Positions 51,650 through 63,725 of a DNA stretch of 64,000 nucleotides are shown piece after piece. How positions within the stretch are numbered: the stretch's first letter is position 1; every line of letters begins with the position of its first letter. The stretch lies in the NCBI RefSeq assembly GCF_006345805.1, contig NC_043013.1:49910001-49974000 (forward strand), given 5' to 3'. The notes beneath the pieces are model-generated. The model did no database searches, was not told the DNA's origin, and saw only the letters and a list, made by a program, of their open reading frames with translations. The translations under genes and the position numbers were made by a program. This DNA is from Octopus sinensis (taxonomy: Eukaryota).

Positions 51650-52070
51650 AAATATCCTTGGATATCTATGTGAGCACAGAAGACTTCTTTGGTAGTATCA
51701 GTTAATGTAACCGCTCCAATGATCTCACAGGTTGTGTAGTAGGTATTATGGATGTAATATCACTCTATCTGTCCATTGACAGAGACTTTGCTGTGGAGAA
51801 ATGCATTGAGATAATCTGTGAGTGCGAAGTAGAAATCTGTAAAGTTGACACGAGGGAACTGTGCCTCCTCCTAAGACTAACCCACAATCATGATTACCTA
51901 AACTATGACCCAAGTAGATTCTGCCCCACCATGTCTGAACAGAGAAGACCAGCTACCATCAGAGAAGAAGAGCACCACAGAATTCTGGAGCAGTTGAACC
52001 ATATCCACCCAGGACCCAGAGAACAGCAATCAGGTGAAAAGGATGATTGCGCATGTAATAGGTGCTAGTG
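51650..52070 (+). mobile_element. PLE-type RT relic
   Basis: VVGIMDVISLYLSID resembles the PLE RT motif S(M/F)DVxxLYxxI. Confidence 0.55.
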
Positions 52071-52139
52071 TGAAAAGTTTATCCCTATGGTGACAACTGG
52101 AGATGTCATCGCGGAGTTGGTTGTAAAATTCCTTTTCCT

Positions 52140-52475
52140 GCTTGGTGTTGGCCATGGTTGGGGCATAGCACAAGTGTTGTGATCAAGCTCCAACGTTAGT
52201 GTCATGATGCGATCAGAAATACCTTTGGGTAGAAAAAGAAAGGATCTGACTATTTCTGTATTGATGGCAAAACCAACACCAGAGTAGCATGGCTTGTCTT
52301 CATTTCTTCTACACCAGAAAAATATGTATCCACCTTTACTTTCTTTTAACTGTGATGATCCTGCAAGACAAGTTTCACTGAGTGCAGCTACGTCACTGTT
52401 GTATTTCTTTAGTTCGAGGGCAACCAGTGCTGTTTTTCATTCTGGTGCTGAGTGACTGTCTTGGAGAGTGCATAT
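52140..52475 (-). mobile_element. RTE/BovB-like AP endonuclease relic
   Basis: KTALVALELKKYNSDVAALSET...GYIFFW...SGVGFAI...GISDRIMTL. Confidence 0.8.
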
Positions 52476-52692
52476 AGGTGGCGAGCTGGCAGAATCGTTA
52501 GCACGCCGGGTGAAATGCATAGCCGTATTTCGACTGCTGTTACGTTCTGAGTTCAAATTCCGCCGAGGTCGACTTTGCCTTTCATCCTTTCAGGGTCGAT
52601 AAATTAAGTACCAGTTACGCACTGGGGTCGATATAATCGACCTAATCTGTTTGTCCCCTCTGTGTTTAGCCCCTTATGGGTAGTAAAGAAAT
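52476..52692 (+). mobile_element. SINE family A
   Basis: Full copy. Confidence 0.9.
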
Positions 52693-53353
52693 ACATATTT
52701 CAAGAACCAAGGTTATTATTCTTAGATTTCTTCATGTTTCGACTGCGTTACTGAATAATCAAACAGTTGCAGTGGGCTGCCAAGTTTAAGGTGAATAAGT
52801 GATGTTTGGGTTTTCTTTTCTTGCTCCTTCCCCTGTTGTGGAAAGCACTGCTGTGTCTAGACAGACCTGCTTTGTCACCACTGGAGAACCCGGACAACAC
52901 AATTACTCAAAAGTTCTGTGCTTGAACAGCCATCACCCAATAGTTGCAAAAGTATAGAGATCTAGCAAGAGACTTCCAGTAATTTATATATATATATAAT
53001 TACAAGAGTTACGGAATGGAGTAGATAAGATCCAGTCTACATATATTTAGTGAGCGGAACCTCAGAAGTGGTGAATATCTAGGCGGGGTGTATACTGTAG
53101 GCTACTCTTCAGGCTGAGGATATCTTGATTAAATGAAAGTTTACATTGCCACAAGGAGGTACATGTTAATGTACGGAAGATTCTATCAGAATCTAAAGCT
53201 AATTTTCTTCCTAGACCTTGATCACTGAATCTTACATTTATGTATATTTATATAACAAATAGAAAGATAATTTTTTTTCGACCTGTAAATACTGAACAGT
53301 ATATACAAAGGATAAAATCCTTTTAAGAGGAGAAAAATTTTCTGGCAACCAGG

Positions 53354-53530
53354 AGGCATAGGAGTAGTTGTGTGGTAAGTAGCTTGCTTACCAACCACAT
53401 GGTTTCAGGTTCAGTCCCACTGCATGGCACCTTGGGCAAGTATCTTCTACTATAGCCTCGGGCCGACCAAAGCCTTGTGAGTGTAATTTGGTAGACAGAA
53501 ACTGAAAGAAGCCTGTCGTATATATGTATA
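53354..53530 (+). mobile_element. SINE family B, 5' half
   Basis: Truncated at the internal (TA)n. Confidence 0.85.
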
Positions 53531-53659
53531 GTGTCATAATGCGATCAGAAATACCTTTGGGTAGAGAAAGAAAGGATCTGACTATTTCTGTTTTGATGGC
53601 AAAACCAACACCAGAGTAGCATGGCTTGTCTTCATTTCTTCTACACCAGAAAAATATAC

Positions 53660-56600
53660 ACTGAAAGGTATGTCTGGCGAGATAGTCGAGATGCTTGAAT
53701 GGAGATGTGTTGATGTATGTTGCATGCAAGAAATAAGGTGGAGAGGAGGATCTGCTAGGTTCCTCACAGGCAAGGAACACAGGTACAAGATTTTCTGGGC
53801 AGGGAACACTGACAGGGTTGGTGGCGTGGGTATACTTATCGCTGAGAAATGGGTAGATAAAGTAATTGAGGTAATCAGAGTAAGTGACAGAATACTTAAG
53901 ATTAGAATAGTGCTTCATCATAGATTAGCAACCATTATATCGGCCTATGCCCCTCAGCCAGGGCTACCCGATGGACAGAAAGACAGTTTCTATGACACCC
54001 TACTGCTGACCACCTCATTGACGAACGACAGGGACCTTCTCTTTGTGGCTGGTGACTTCAATGGGCATGTTGGACGACATGCTGGGGGCTTCCATGGCAT
54101 ACATGGAGGCTACAGTTATGGTTCCCGCAACGAGGAGGGAACCAGGCTGCTGGAGTTCTGTGATGCGAATAGTCTTATGGTTTGCAACACTAACTTCAGG
54201 AAACCGACAAGCCACCTGGTCACCTACCGATCGGGCTGGCATACTAGCCAAATCGACTACATCGTTGCCAGAAAAAGGGAAAGATGGCTGCTTATAAATG
54301 CCAAAACCTTCCCAGATGAAGAATGCACCCCACAACATAGACTGGTAGTTAGTGACTTTAGGATCAGGACTAAGAGGGCGACTAGAAGACGACCAACATG
54401 GAGAAGAAGGGTCTGGAAGCTTAAAGACCCTGCGAATGGACAGAGATTTAGAGACATGTTACTTGAAGCCTTTGACGAAATGGAAGGGGGTATAGCTACA
54501 CATGGGGTAGAAGACAACTGGACGCTTCTGAGGGACAACCTGCTGAAAGCCACTGACCAGATCTGTGGCTGGTGCAAAGTCCCCTTAAGACCCAAAATAA
54601 CGTGTGGTGGAACAATATTGTTGACAGGGCTATTAGACAAAAGAAACAGGCTTGGAAGGACTGGAAGAACGGTGGTAGCAGGGAAGTGTATCAGACTGCC
54701 AGAAGGGAAGCTAGGAGACGGGTCTATCTAGCCAGAGGCGAAGCAGATAAGAAAAAATTTGCCAATGTTTTGCGCCATGAGGATGAAAGACTTGAGGTAT
54801 TTCGTGTTGCAAGACAGTGTGTGAGAGAGAATCGTGACGTGGTAGGAAAGAAATGTGTTCGCAAGGATGATGGTTCACTTGCGCTAAATGAGGATGCAAA
54901 GAGAGAGGCTTGGAGACGCCACTATGAAAGGTTGCTGAATGAGGAAAATGAATGGGATAAAGAGAGTCTGCCAAATGTCGACCCAACAGAGAGACCAGCA
55001 ATCTGAGTTAACAGTTCCACGGATTTTTGTCAGTGAACAGGTCGCGGATTTTAGCGCCGAAAAATATTTTGACAAATTAAACTTAAATGTTGAAGTGAAT
55101 CGAACGGCTTTTGTGTGTTTATTAAATGGCTTATAAACACCTTCCACGCTACAATTGTTTTCGTTTCAGCACACGATCTCAGATCAAATTACTTGCTATG
55201 CGAGTACATTTCCGTAGTTCCTTAGTAGTTAAGGCAATTAAAAGCATGAAAACAGGCAAAGCCCCAGGCCCATCAGGAATTACTGCAGAGATGCTCAAAA
55301 TATCTGGTAGTGTCGGCTATAGCCTAGTCACCCGTATAGTTAACCAGGTGATACACGAAGGAGTCATACCCAATGACTGGTGTAGCAGCATACTAGTCAA
55401 CTGCTACAAAGGTAAAGGAGACACCCTAGATACAAATAATTACAGAGGTATCAAGCTGTTGGATCAGGTAATGAAGGTTACAGAGAGGGTCATAGCCCAA
55501 CTGATTAGGGAGAGAGTCAACTTGGACGAGATGCAGTTTGGTTTCATGCCAGGGAAAAGCACCACTGATGCCATATTTCTGGTGAGACAGCTGCAGGAGA
55601 AATACCTAGCCAAAGATAAGCCCCTGTACCTGGCTTTCGTTGACATGGAGAAAGCCTTTGACAGGGTCCCTAGATCCCTTATCTGGTGGTCAATGAGAAA
55701 ACTAGGGATAGATGAATGGCTGGTGAGGGCTGTGCAAGCCATGTACAGAGATGCTGTAAGTAAGGTTAGGGTTGGCAACATGTACACAGAAGAATTCAAA
55801 GTAGAGGTTGGGGTCCACCAGGGTTCAGTACTCAGCCCCCTCCTATTTATCATAGTCCTCCTGGCAATTACGGAGGAATTCAAGACAGGTTGCCCCTGGG
55901 AGCTCCTATATGCTGACGACCTTGCTCTAATTGCTGAGTCACTATCAGAACTGGAGGAGAAGTTCCAGGTGTGGAAGGAGGGTCTAGAATCGAGGGGCCT
56001 TAGAGTCAGCCTAGCAAAAACCAAAGTAGTAATAAGTAGGAAGGTAGACAATCCACAAATGTCTTCAGGAAGATGGCCCTGCTCGATCTGTAGAAAAGGT
56101 GTAGGTAGAAACTCTATAAGATGTACCCAGTGTAAGCTATGGACACATAAGAGGTGTAGCAATGTCAAAGGAAGGCTAACTGGGAAGATAGATTTTGTAT
56201 GTGGCAGATGCTCGGGAGCATTAACCTCTGAAAATCTGCAGAAAACAACTTCCGTCACTTTCCAGGGGGAAAAACTAGAAGTAGTTGATAGCTTCCGCTA
56301 TCTTGGTGACCAAGTCAGTAGTGGGGGTGGGTGTGCTGAAAGTGTAACGGCTAGAGTAAGAATAGCCTGGGCAAAGTTTAGGGAGCTCTTACCTCTGCTG
56401 GTGACTAAAGGCCTCTCGCTCAGAGTAAAAGGCAGACTGTATGATGCATGTGTACGAACAGCCATGCTACATGGCAGTGAAACATGGGCTGTGACTGCTG
56501 AGGACATGCATAAGCTCGCGAGAAATGAAGCCAGTATGCTCCGATGGATGTGTAATGTCAGTGTGCATGCTTGACAGAGCGTTAGTACCCTGAGAGAAAT

Positions 56601-57399
56601 GTTGGACCTAAGGAGCATCAGTTGTGGTGTGCAAGTGAGACAATTGCGCTGGTATGGTCATGTGGCGAGAATGGATGAAGATAGGTGTGTGAAAAAGTGC
56701 CAATCCCTAGCAGTGGAGGGAACCCGTGGAAGAGGTAGACCCAGGAAAACTTGGGACGAGGTGGTGAAGCACGACCTTTGAACTTTAGGTCTCACTGAGG
56801 AAATGACCAGAGACCGAGACCTTTCGAAATATGCTGTGTGTGAAAAGACCAGGCAGGACAAGTGAGCCCAGCCCACTTATGCATGCCTTTCCTCCCTTGG
56901 ACACACAAAGACCTGTTGAGGCAAGCAACGTCGATATCGAACCTCATCCAACGACAGGCACCTATGCCAACCCCGCTTTGCTTGCGAAGACCTGTTGGGG
57001 CAAGTGAAATCAAAATCGGAATCGAAATTGAACCAATCATATGACTGGCACCCGGCAGATGCCAGGATCCCTGGACTGGAGATACGTAAAAAGCACTATC
57101 CGAATCGTGGCCGATGCCAGCGCCGCCTCGACTGGCTTCCGTGTCAGTGACACGTAAAATGCACCAATCCGACCGTGGTCGATGCCAGCCTCGCCTGGCA
57201 CCAGTGCAGGTGGCATGTAAAAAGCACTCACTACACTCTCGGAGTGGTTGGCATTAGGAAGGGAATCCAGCTGTAGAAACTTTGCCAGATAAGATCGGAG
57301 CCTGGTGCAGCCTTCTGGCTTCCCAGATCCCCGGTCGAACCGTCCAACCCATGCTAGCATGGAGAACAGACGTTAAACGATGATGATGATGATGATGAT
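53660..57399 (+). mobile_element. Near full-length RTE-clade LINE (APE + RT + PHD insert), inactivated
   Basis: APE motifs QE, SAYAPQ, GDFNGHVG, SQIDY, QHRLV; RT motifs YRGIKLL, QFGF, FVDMEKAFD, GVHQGSVLSP, YADD, YLG; frameshift near 54600, TGA at 55004 and 56572, 197-bp insert; 3' UTR and (GAT)n tail. Confidence 0.95.
55019..55215. mobile_element. 197-bp insertion with 6-bp TSD and ACGGA/TCCGT termini, containing a variant hammerhead fold at 55026-55076 (+)
   Basis: AGTTCC duplicated at 55013-55018 and 55216-55221; removal restores the LINE frame (VNSSLVVKAIK). Confidence 0.88.
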
Positions 57400-57573
57400 A
57401 TATAAGGACCCTATCTATATATATAAATATTTTATATATAGTTTATATCCATCTAAAAGAAGAAAAGGTAATAGAGATTAGGAAGTTAATAATTCTTTAT
57501 TATTAACAGCAAATTGGTCATCTTCACTTCATACAGCCGTTTCAATTAATACTGAATAATTTAATTCTACATT

Positions 57574-57910
57574 GCTAACCAACCTCATGGTTCCAGGTTC
57601 AGTCCCACTGCGTGGCATCTTTGGCAAGTGTCTTCTGCTATAGCCCCGGGCCGACCAATGCCTTGTGAGTGGATTTGGTAGACGGAAACTGAAAGAAGCC
57701 TGTCATATATATGTATATATATATATGTATGTGTGTGTGTTTGTGTGTCTGTGTTTGTTCCCCTAGCATTGCTTGACAACCGATGCTGGTGTGTTTATGT
57801 CCCCGTCACTTAGCGGTTCGGCAAAAAGAGACCGATAGAATAAGTACTGGGCTTACAAAAGAATAAGTCTCGGGGTCAAGTTGCTCGACTAAAGGCGGTG
57901 CTCCAGCATG
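57574..57910 (+). mobile_element. SINE family B inside a fold-back (arms about 57435-57565 and 58020-58145)
   Basis: Family sequence; flanks are reverse complements. Confidence 0.85.
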
Positions 57911-58359
57911 TTTGCTGAAATAAACTAACATGTTCACATATTACATCCAAAGGTACATCTTTTTTAATCAGATGGAATTATACTCATATAAATGTAAATT
58001 TAAGGTACAAATTTGTAATTAAATTATCAAGTATTAATTGAAAAGACTGTAAGAAGTAAAGACGACTAATTTGTTGTTAATAATAAACTATTATTAACTT
58101 CCTAATCTCCATTTTCTTTTCTTGTTTTAGATGGATTTAAATTAAATGCTTTTATATATACCTATTATTTTAAGGAAATTCATTCCCCCCAAATACTAGG
58201 CATTAAATCAATTTCCTTGGATGAAACTATCTCTTCATGAGGTTAAAACATACTCTAATTAAATTTTATTTATATATTGTTGTGTTTATAATTATATATT
58301 GTGTGCATATATTGTTTGCAAATATATGCACACACACGCACACATGTATCTCTCTCTCT

Positions 58360-58740
58360 CTCTTTTACTTGTTTCAGTCATTTGACTGCGGCCATGCTGG
58401 AGCACCGCCTTTAATCGAGCAACTCGACCCCGGGACTTATTCTTTTGTAAGCCCAGTACTTATTCTATTGGTCTCTTTTGCCGAACCGCTAAGTAACGGG
58501 GACATAAACACTCCAGCATCGGTAGTCAAGCAATGCTAGGGGGACAAACACACACACGCATATATATACATATATACGGCGGGCTTCTTTCAGTTTCCGT
58601 CTACCAAATCCACTCACAAGGCTTTGGTCGGCCCGAGGCTATAGTAGAAGACACTTGCCCAAGGTGCCACGCAGTGGGAATGAACCCGGAACCATGAGGT
58701 TGGTAAACAAGCAACTTACCACACAGCCACTCCTGCGCCT
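58360..58740 (-). mobile_element. SINE family B
   Basis: Full reverse copy. Confidence 0.9.
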
Positions 58741-58999
58741 GACCAGGCTATCAGATGTTGCTACACATCACTGGTCACAATGCTTCGCATTCTTTTAGCC
58801 TTCAAATGACGCCACCCCGCTGGCTAAGCGGGCAGGCCAACAGAAGAAAGAGTGAGAGAAAGTTGTGGCGAAAGAGTACAGCAGGGATCGCCACCACCCC
58901 CTGCCGGAGCCTCGTGGAGCTTTAAGTGTTTCCGCTCAATAAACACTCACAACGCCCGGTCAGTCTACTGCTCTAACCACTGGGCTATTGCGCCTCCAC
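58741..58999 (-). mobile_element. SINE family C variant
   Basis: Matches 32360-32646. Confidence 0.85.
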
Positions 59000-59446
59000 A
59001 TATATACATACATCTATATATAAAAGTTAGATAAGGCCGGTTTATCGGAATACTTTAGGTTTCACGTCTATATCATCTGATATAGTTGTAGTTTTACGGC
59101 ATATCTGATCTCAAAACCTCGTTGGCTAAAGGCCTTTCTATAAGGCAATCCCATAAAATGCCCTTACCTAACTTTAATATATACTGCTCTATAACTTAGA
59201 GTGTGCTTCTTTTCGGATTTATGTTTACTGATGATATATATATATATACATACATACACACACACACGCATATATATACATATATACATATATATATACA
59301 CACACACACACACATATATATATACATACATACAAACACGCATATATGTATACACACACACACACATATATATATATATACATACATAAATACACACACA
59401 CACACATATATATATATATAATATACATACATACACACACACACGC

Positions 59447-59500
<54 letters not shown>

Positions 59501-59779
59501 TGTATAGAGGGCATTATTACACATAAATGCCTCACGCTAAGAGGGACATAAGTCATTACTACCAAAATTTAATTAATCGTACCCAACTATATATATATAT
59601 ATATATATATAGTGGTAAAGAGTTGGTTGAGATGTGTATAAGGAATGACAGAGTGTGTAAGGAAGTAAATGTCATATAAAGTAAACACTGCTTGTTGCTG
59701 TTCGCAGAACTAGGACACACACACACACAGAGGATAATCGAATTTATCGACCTCATTTTAAAACGCAATTTGCTACTTA

Positions 59780-60274
59780 TTTATCGATAAGGATTTATGA
59801 TCGAGGCGCACCTCCGGCGGCTTTGAGACGGGAGAGAAGGACGAAACAGTATAATTGGACCCCCCCCCCCACTCATTTAATCCTTTATTTTATCGATGTC
59901 GATAAATTAAAACATAAAGATCCAGAGCAAATACTGAAAAGTATTTGCCTTCCCACCAAAGCTCTTACCACAGTGTTTTGCTTTTGACACGGTTTCGATT
60001 TGGCTGTAGATTCGCAGAATCGGTCGAAAGAGAAACTGGAGCTGGATTCACGATTCCCCGTCACAGCGGAAGTTGATGCTTTTTGAAAGCGGAAGAAACA
60101 TGTTTCACATCCGTGTTTATCTTTATTTCTTAGAATTCCATCAACAGAGAGCAACACATTGTCTCTGAACGGAAGGAAAGTAAGCTGAAGAAATTAAATA
60201 TCAGCACCAAAATTTATCAGAATTGCTAATTTTGTCAACAAAGTAAACCAGCAGGAATTGCTATATTGGTAAGT
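59780..60274 (+). promoter_or_regulatory. Candidate promoter and first exon of an unidentified gene
   Basis: Unique CpG-richer DNA; DRE-like TATCGATA at 59782; ETS-like GCGGAAG at 60066 and 60089; consensus donor TTG|GTAAGT at 60268/60269. Confidence 0.45.
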
Positions 60275-60386
60275 TGGTGTTTTTCCTTCTTTCTTTTTGA
60301 TTTTACATAACGAGGGAAAACCGAAGTGTGGAATCGAAACCCTTTCGTTCCTGCCCCAGGCCTCCTCCCAAATGAAACTGATTGAT

Positions 60387-60530
60387 ACTCTTTTACTTGT
60401 TTCAAGTCACTTGACTGCGGCCATGCTGGAGCACCGCTTTTAGTCGAGCAAATGACCCCGCAGGACTTATTCTTTTGTAAGCCCAGTACTTATTCTATCG
60501 GGTCTCTCTTTTTGTCCAACCGCTAAGTAA
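60387..60530 (-). mobile_element. SINE family B, 3' part
   Basis: Family tail sequence. Confidence 0.8.
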
Positions 60531-60959
60531 TGATGTTGATGTTCTGTTTGGAAGATTCTTTGGGTCGATGATGTTTCTACGAAAAAAAAAGGAAGCATGT
60601 AGAGAATTGTAGTAGGTGTTTGTTGCAGTTTTTACAATGATAGGACAGTTCGGTGAAAGGAAGAGAAAAGCTGGTAGAGAAATAATTGCAGATAGTTGAT
60701 TCGGATGGAAAAAAATGTTGATTGTGAGTATTGGGGTACCCTCCAAGCTCTCGTGGGTTGACTGAAATCGTTAACCCCGAAAGGCATTATTCTCAGACAC
60801 CGCGTTTTTGTAGATGGTGCATGAATCAATCGCGTGGCTTTCTTTTGAATTCAATCTATTTGTGTGTTGGTTCGTAGTAGAACCATCTCAACCCCAAAGT
60901 GGGTTTTGGCCCAGCTTTTTGTGGGTAGAGTTCGAAATTGATCAAGAGTGAAACATATC

Positions 60960-61097
60960 TGCCTTTCATCCTTTCGGGGGTCGATTAAATAAGTACCAGT
61001 TACGCACTGGGGTCGATGTAATCGACTTAATACCTTTGTCTGTCCTTGTTTGTCCCCTCAGTGTTTAGCCCCTTTGTGGGTAATAAAGAAATAGGTA
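60960..61097 (+). mobile_element. SINE family A, 3' part
   Basis: Family core and tail. Confidence 0.85.
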
Positions 61098-61439
61098 TTA
61101 GTAATATTTATTGCATGGGGCGTCGCCGTGAGGGATTGTGAAGCTTCCCAATTACTCTGTTTTTGTATTAAATTTGTTTGCAGGAAGGATGCTTGTGTGC
61201 CCTCCACCCCGTTTCTCTTTTCAATATAATAATATTGTCCTACACTGCAACCCCGTCAATCTACTTTCTATGGGAACCACTTCACTTGATATAATGAAAG
61301 TTTTTTTTTTAATAGTTTTCGAGCAGTTTGAAACATTAACATTTTAAGACAAAATTATTAACAGCAGCGTGTACAAATAATTTTATTTCTTTAATTTTCC
61401 CTCCCATCAGAATCGCTTATGATTATATATTTCATTAGG

Positions 61440-61712
61440 CAATCTTTCGTAGAAATTTTACGAAAAGTGAAACTGATTTGTTCGGCAGTTTCCGTAAAAC
61501 TTTTTTTATTTCTTAAAATTTTTTCAGGTGAATCGCTTATGTTTACATATTTTCTTTATGTGTATATATGTGTTCATGAGCATGTGTGTATGTGTAACAC
61601 GAACACATATGTAAACATAGGCGATTCAGCTGAAAAATAAAAATAAAAATATTTTACGGAAGTTGCCGAATAAATAGTTTCAGTTTCCAAAGGATTTCTT
61701 CAAAAGAATTTT
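61440..61712. repeat. Fold-back, MITE-like
   Basis: 61462-61550 is reverse-complementary to 61607-61688; third degenerate arm at about 61960-62050. Confidence 0.75.
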
Positions 61713-62604
61713 TCTGTAGGTATGTCACATACCTACAAAAAGAAAAAAAAAAGCATACCTTATGTATATGTTATACACAAATACATCCGATGTGAATTTT
61801 CCGAAGCCTCTCCTCCACCCCCCCCCCTTTTGCGAGCGCGCATTTTGTTTTTGTCAAATTCGTTTAGAGGAAGTTGTTTTACACCTATTACATTATTTTT
61901 GTTTTTATGACCGGGTCAAACGCTTTAGTTTGACCATACATACATATATTTACGCAGACAAATATACATAAACAGCGATACAGCTGAAAAAAAATTAAAG
62001 AAATGACACATTTTTATGAAATTTACCGAACAAATACTTTCACTTTTGATAAGACTTCTCCCCTCGAAGTATAAAATGTCATATTTTCAACAATGTTAGA
62101 TAAAATTGAAGGCATCTATTTTCATTTTATACGCCAGGTACGAATTTTCCGAAAATTTCATTAGAAGTGTAGTTTTTTTTTTTGTGTTAATTACATAAAT
62201 TATGTTTTCCGAGTATAGTAAGGTAACCCGCCCATCGTTTTTGAGAAAGTGAAACTAAATAAATTACGCAGTTTTTACAATCGAAATTTTCGAGGAATTT
62301 CATCCAACCATCTGCAACCATTTTCAACATGCCGGAAGTTTGCGCGTGATTTTTTTTCTCTTTTCGAAACACGTGCTTTTTTGGTGATTCGAATGTAAAG
62401 ATGAAACGTATTTGATGAAAGCATCTTTTCTTATCTTTCCATTTAATAAAAACGCAATGTTGTGTCCCGTCGGTCATGTTGGGGGGGAAAGAAGAGTTAA
62501 GCGACAGCCGGAGTGGGAGTGGGTGATAGTCACAGATACTAAACCAAGCGAACAGACGCTGGTAGTTTAATCAAAATGAAACTGCAAAGTTTTATCGTAA
62601 TTTG

Positions 62605-63045
62605 TATAACACACACACACAAACACACACACACACCACACATATATATATATATATATATAGATATACATATGTGTATATATATATATACATACGTGTA
62701 TATATATATATATAACCTACGTGTATAGATATATATATTACATATGTGTATATATATATATATATATACATACGTGTATATATATATATATAACATATGT
62801 GTGTAATATATATATATACATATGTGTATATGTATTATATTATTACATATGTGTATATATATATGTATATATATATATACATATTGTATATATATATATG
62901 TATATATATATATACACATATGTGTATATATATATGTATATATATATATACATATGTGTATATATATATGTATATATATATATATTACAATATGTGTATA
63001 TATATATGTATAATATATATATATACATATGTGTATATATATATG

Positions 63046-63076
<31 letters not shown>

Positions 63077-63573
63077 GTGTTTATATAATAAGTATATATA
63101 CTATGTGTATATATATATATGTATATATACATTGTGTATATATATATATGTATATATACATATGTGTATATATATATATGTATATATATATGTATATATC
63201 ATATGTGTATATATATATGTATATATACATATGTGTATATATATATATATTACATGTATATTATATATATATTATATAATCATATATATATAATGTATAT
63301 ATATATGTATATATATATGTATATGTATATATATATATGTATAGGTATATATATATGTATATGTATATATATATATGTATATGTATATATATTGTATATA
63401 TGTATATATATATGTATATGTATAATATATATGTATATATATATATGTATATGTATAGTATTATATATATATGTATATGTATATATATATATGTATATGT
63501 ATATATATATGTATATATTGTATATATAATATATGTATATGTATATATATATATGTAATATATATATGTATAT

Positions 63574-63605
<32 letters not shown>

Positions 63606-63725
63606 GTATATGTAATATATATGTATATATATATATATAATATATATATATATGCTACATATGTGTATATGTATGTATATATACATATGTATTATATAAT
63701 ATATGTATACATATGTGTATATATA
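62605..63725. repeat. (TA)n/(TATG)n microsatellite field
   Basis: Direct inspection. Confidence 0.95.

Noticed and set aside
55464-56258. 264-aa antisense ORF
   Set aside because: Shadow frame of the RT coding sequence
57180-57300. Twister or HDV-like ribozyme in the RTE UTR
   Set aside because: Required pseudoknot pairings not found by eye; an Rfam scan would settle it
53660-57399. Active autonomous LINE
   Set aside because: 5' truncated, frameshifted, two in-frame stops and an insertion
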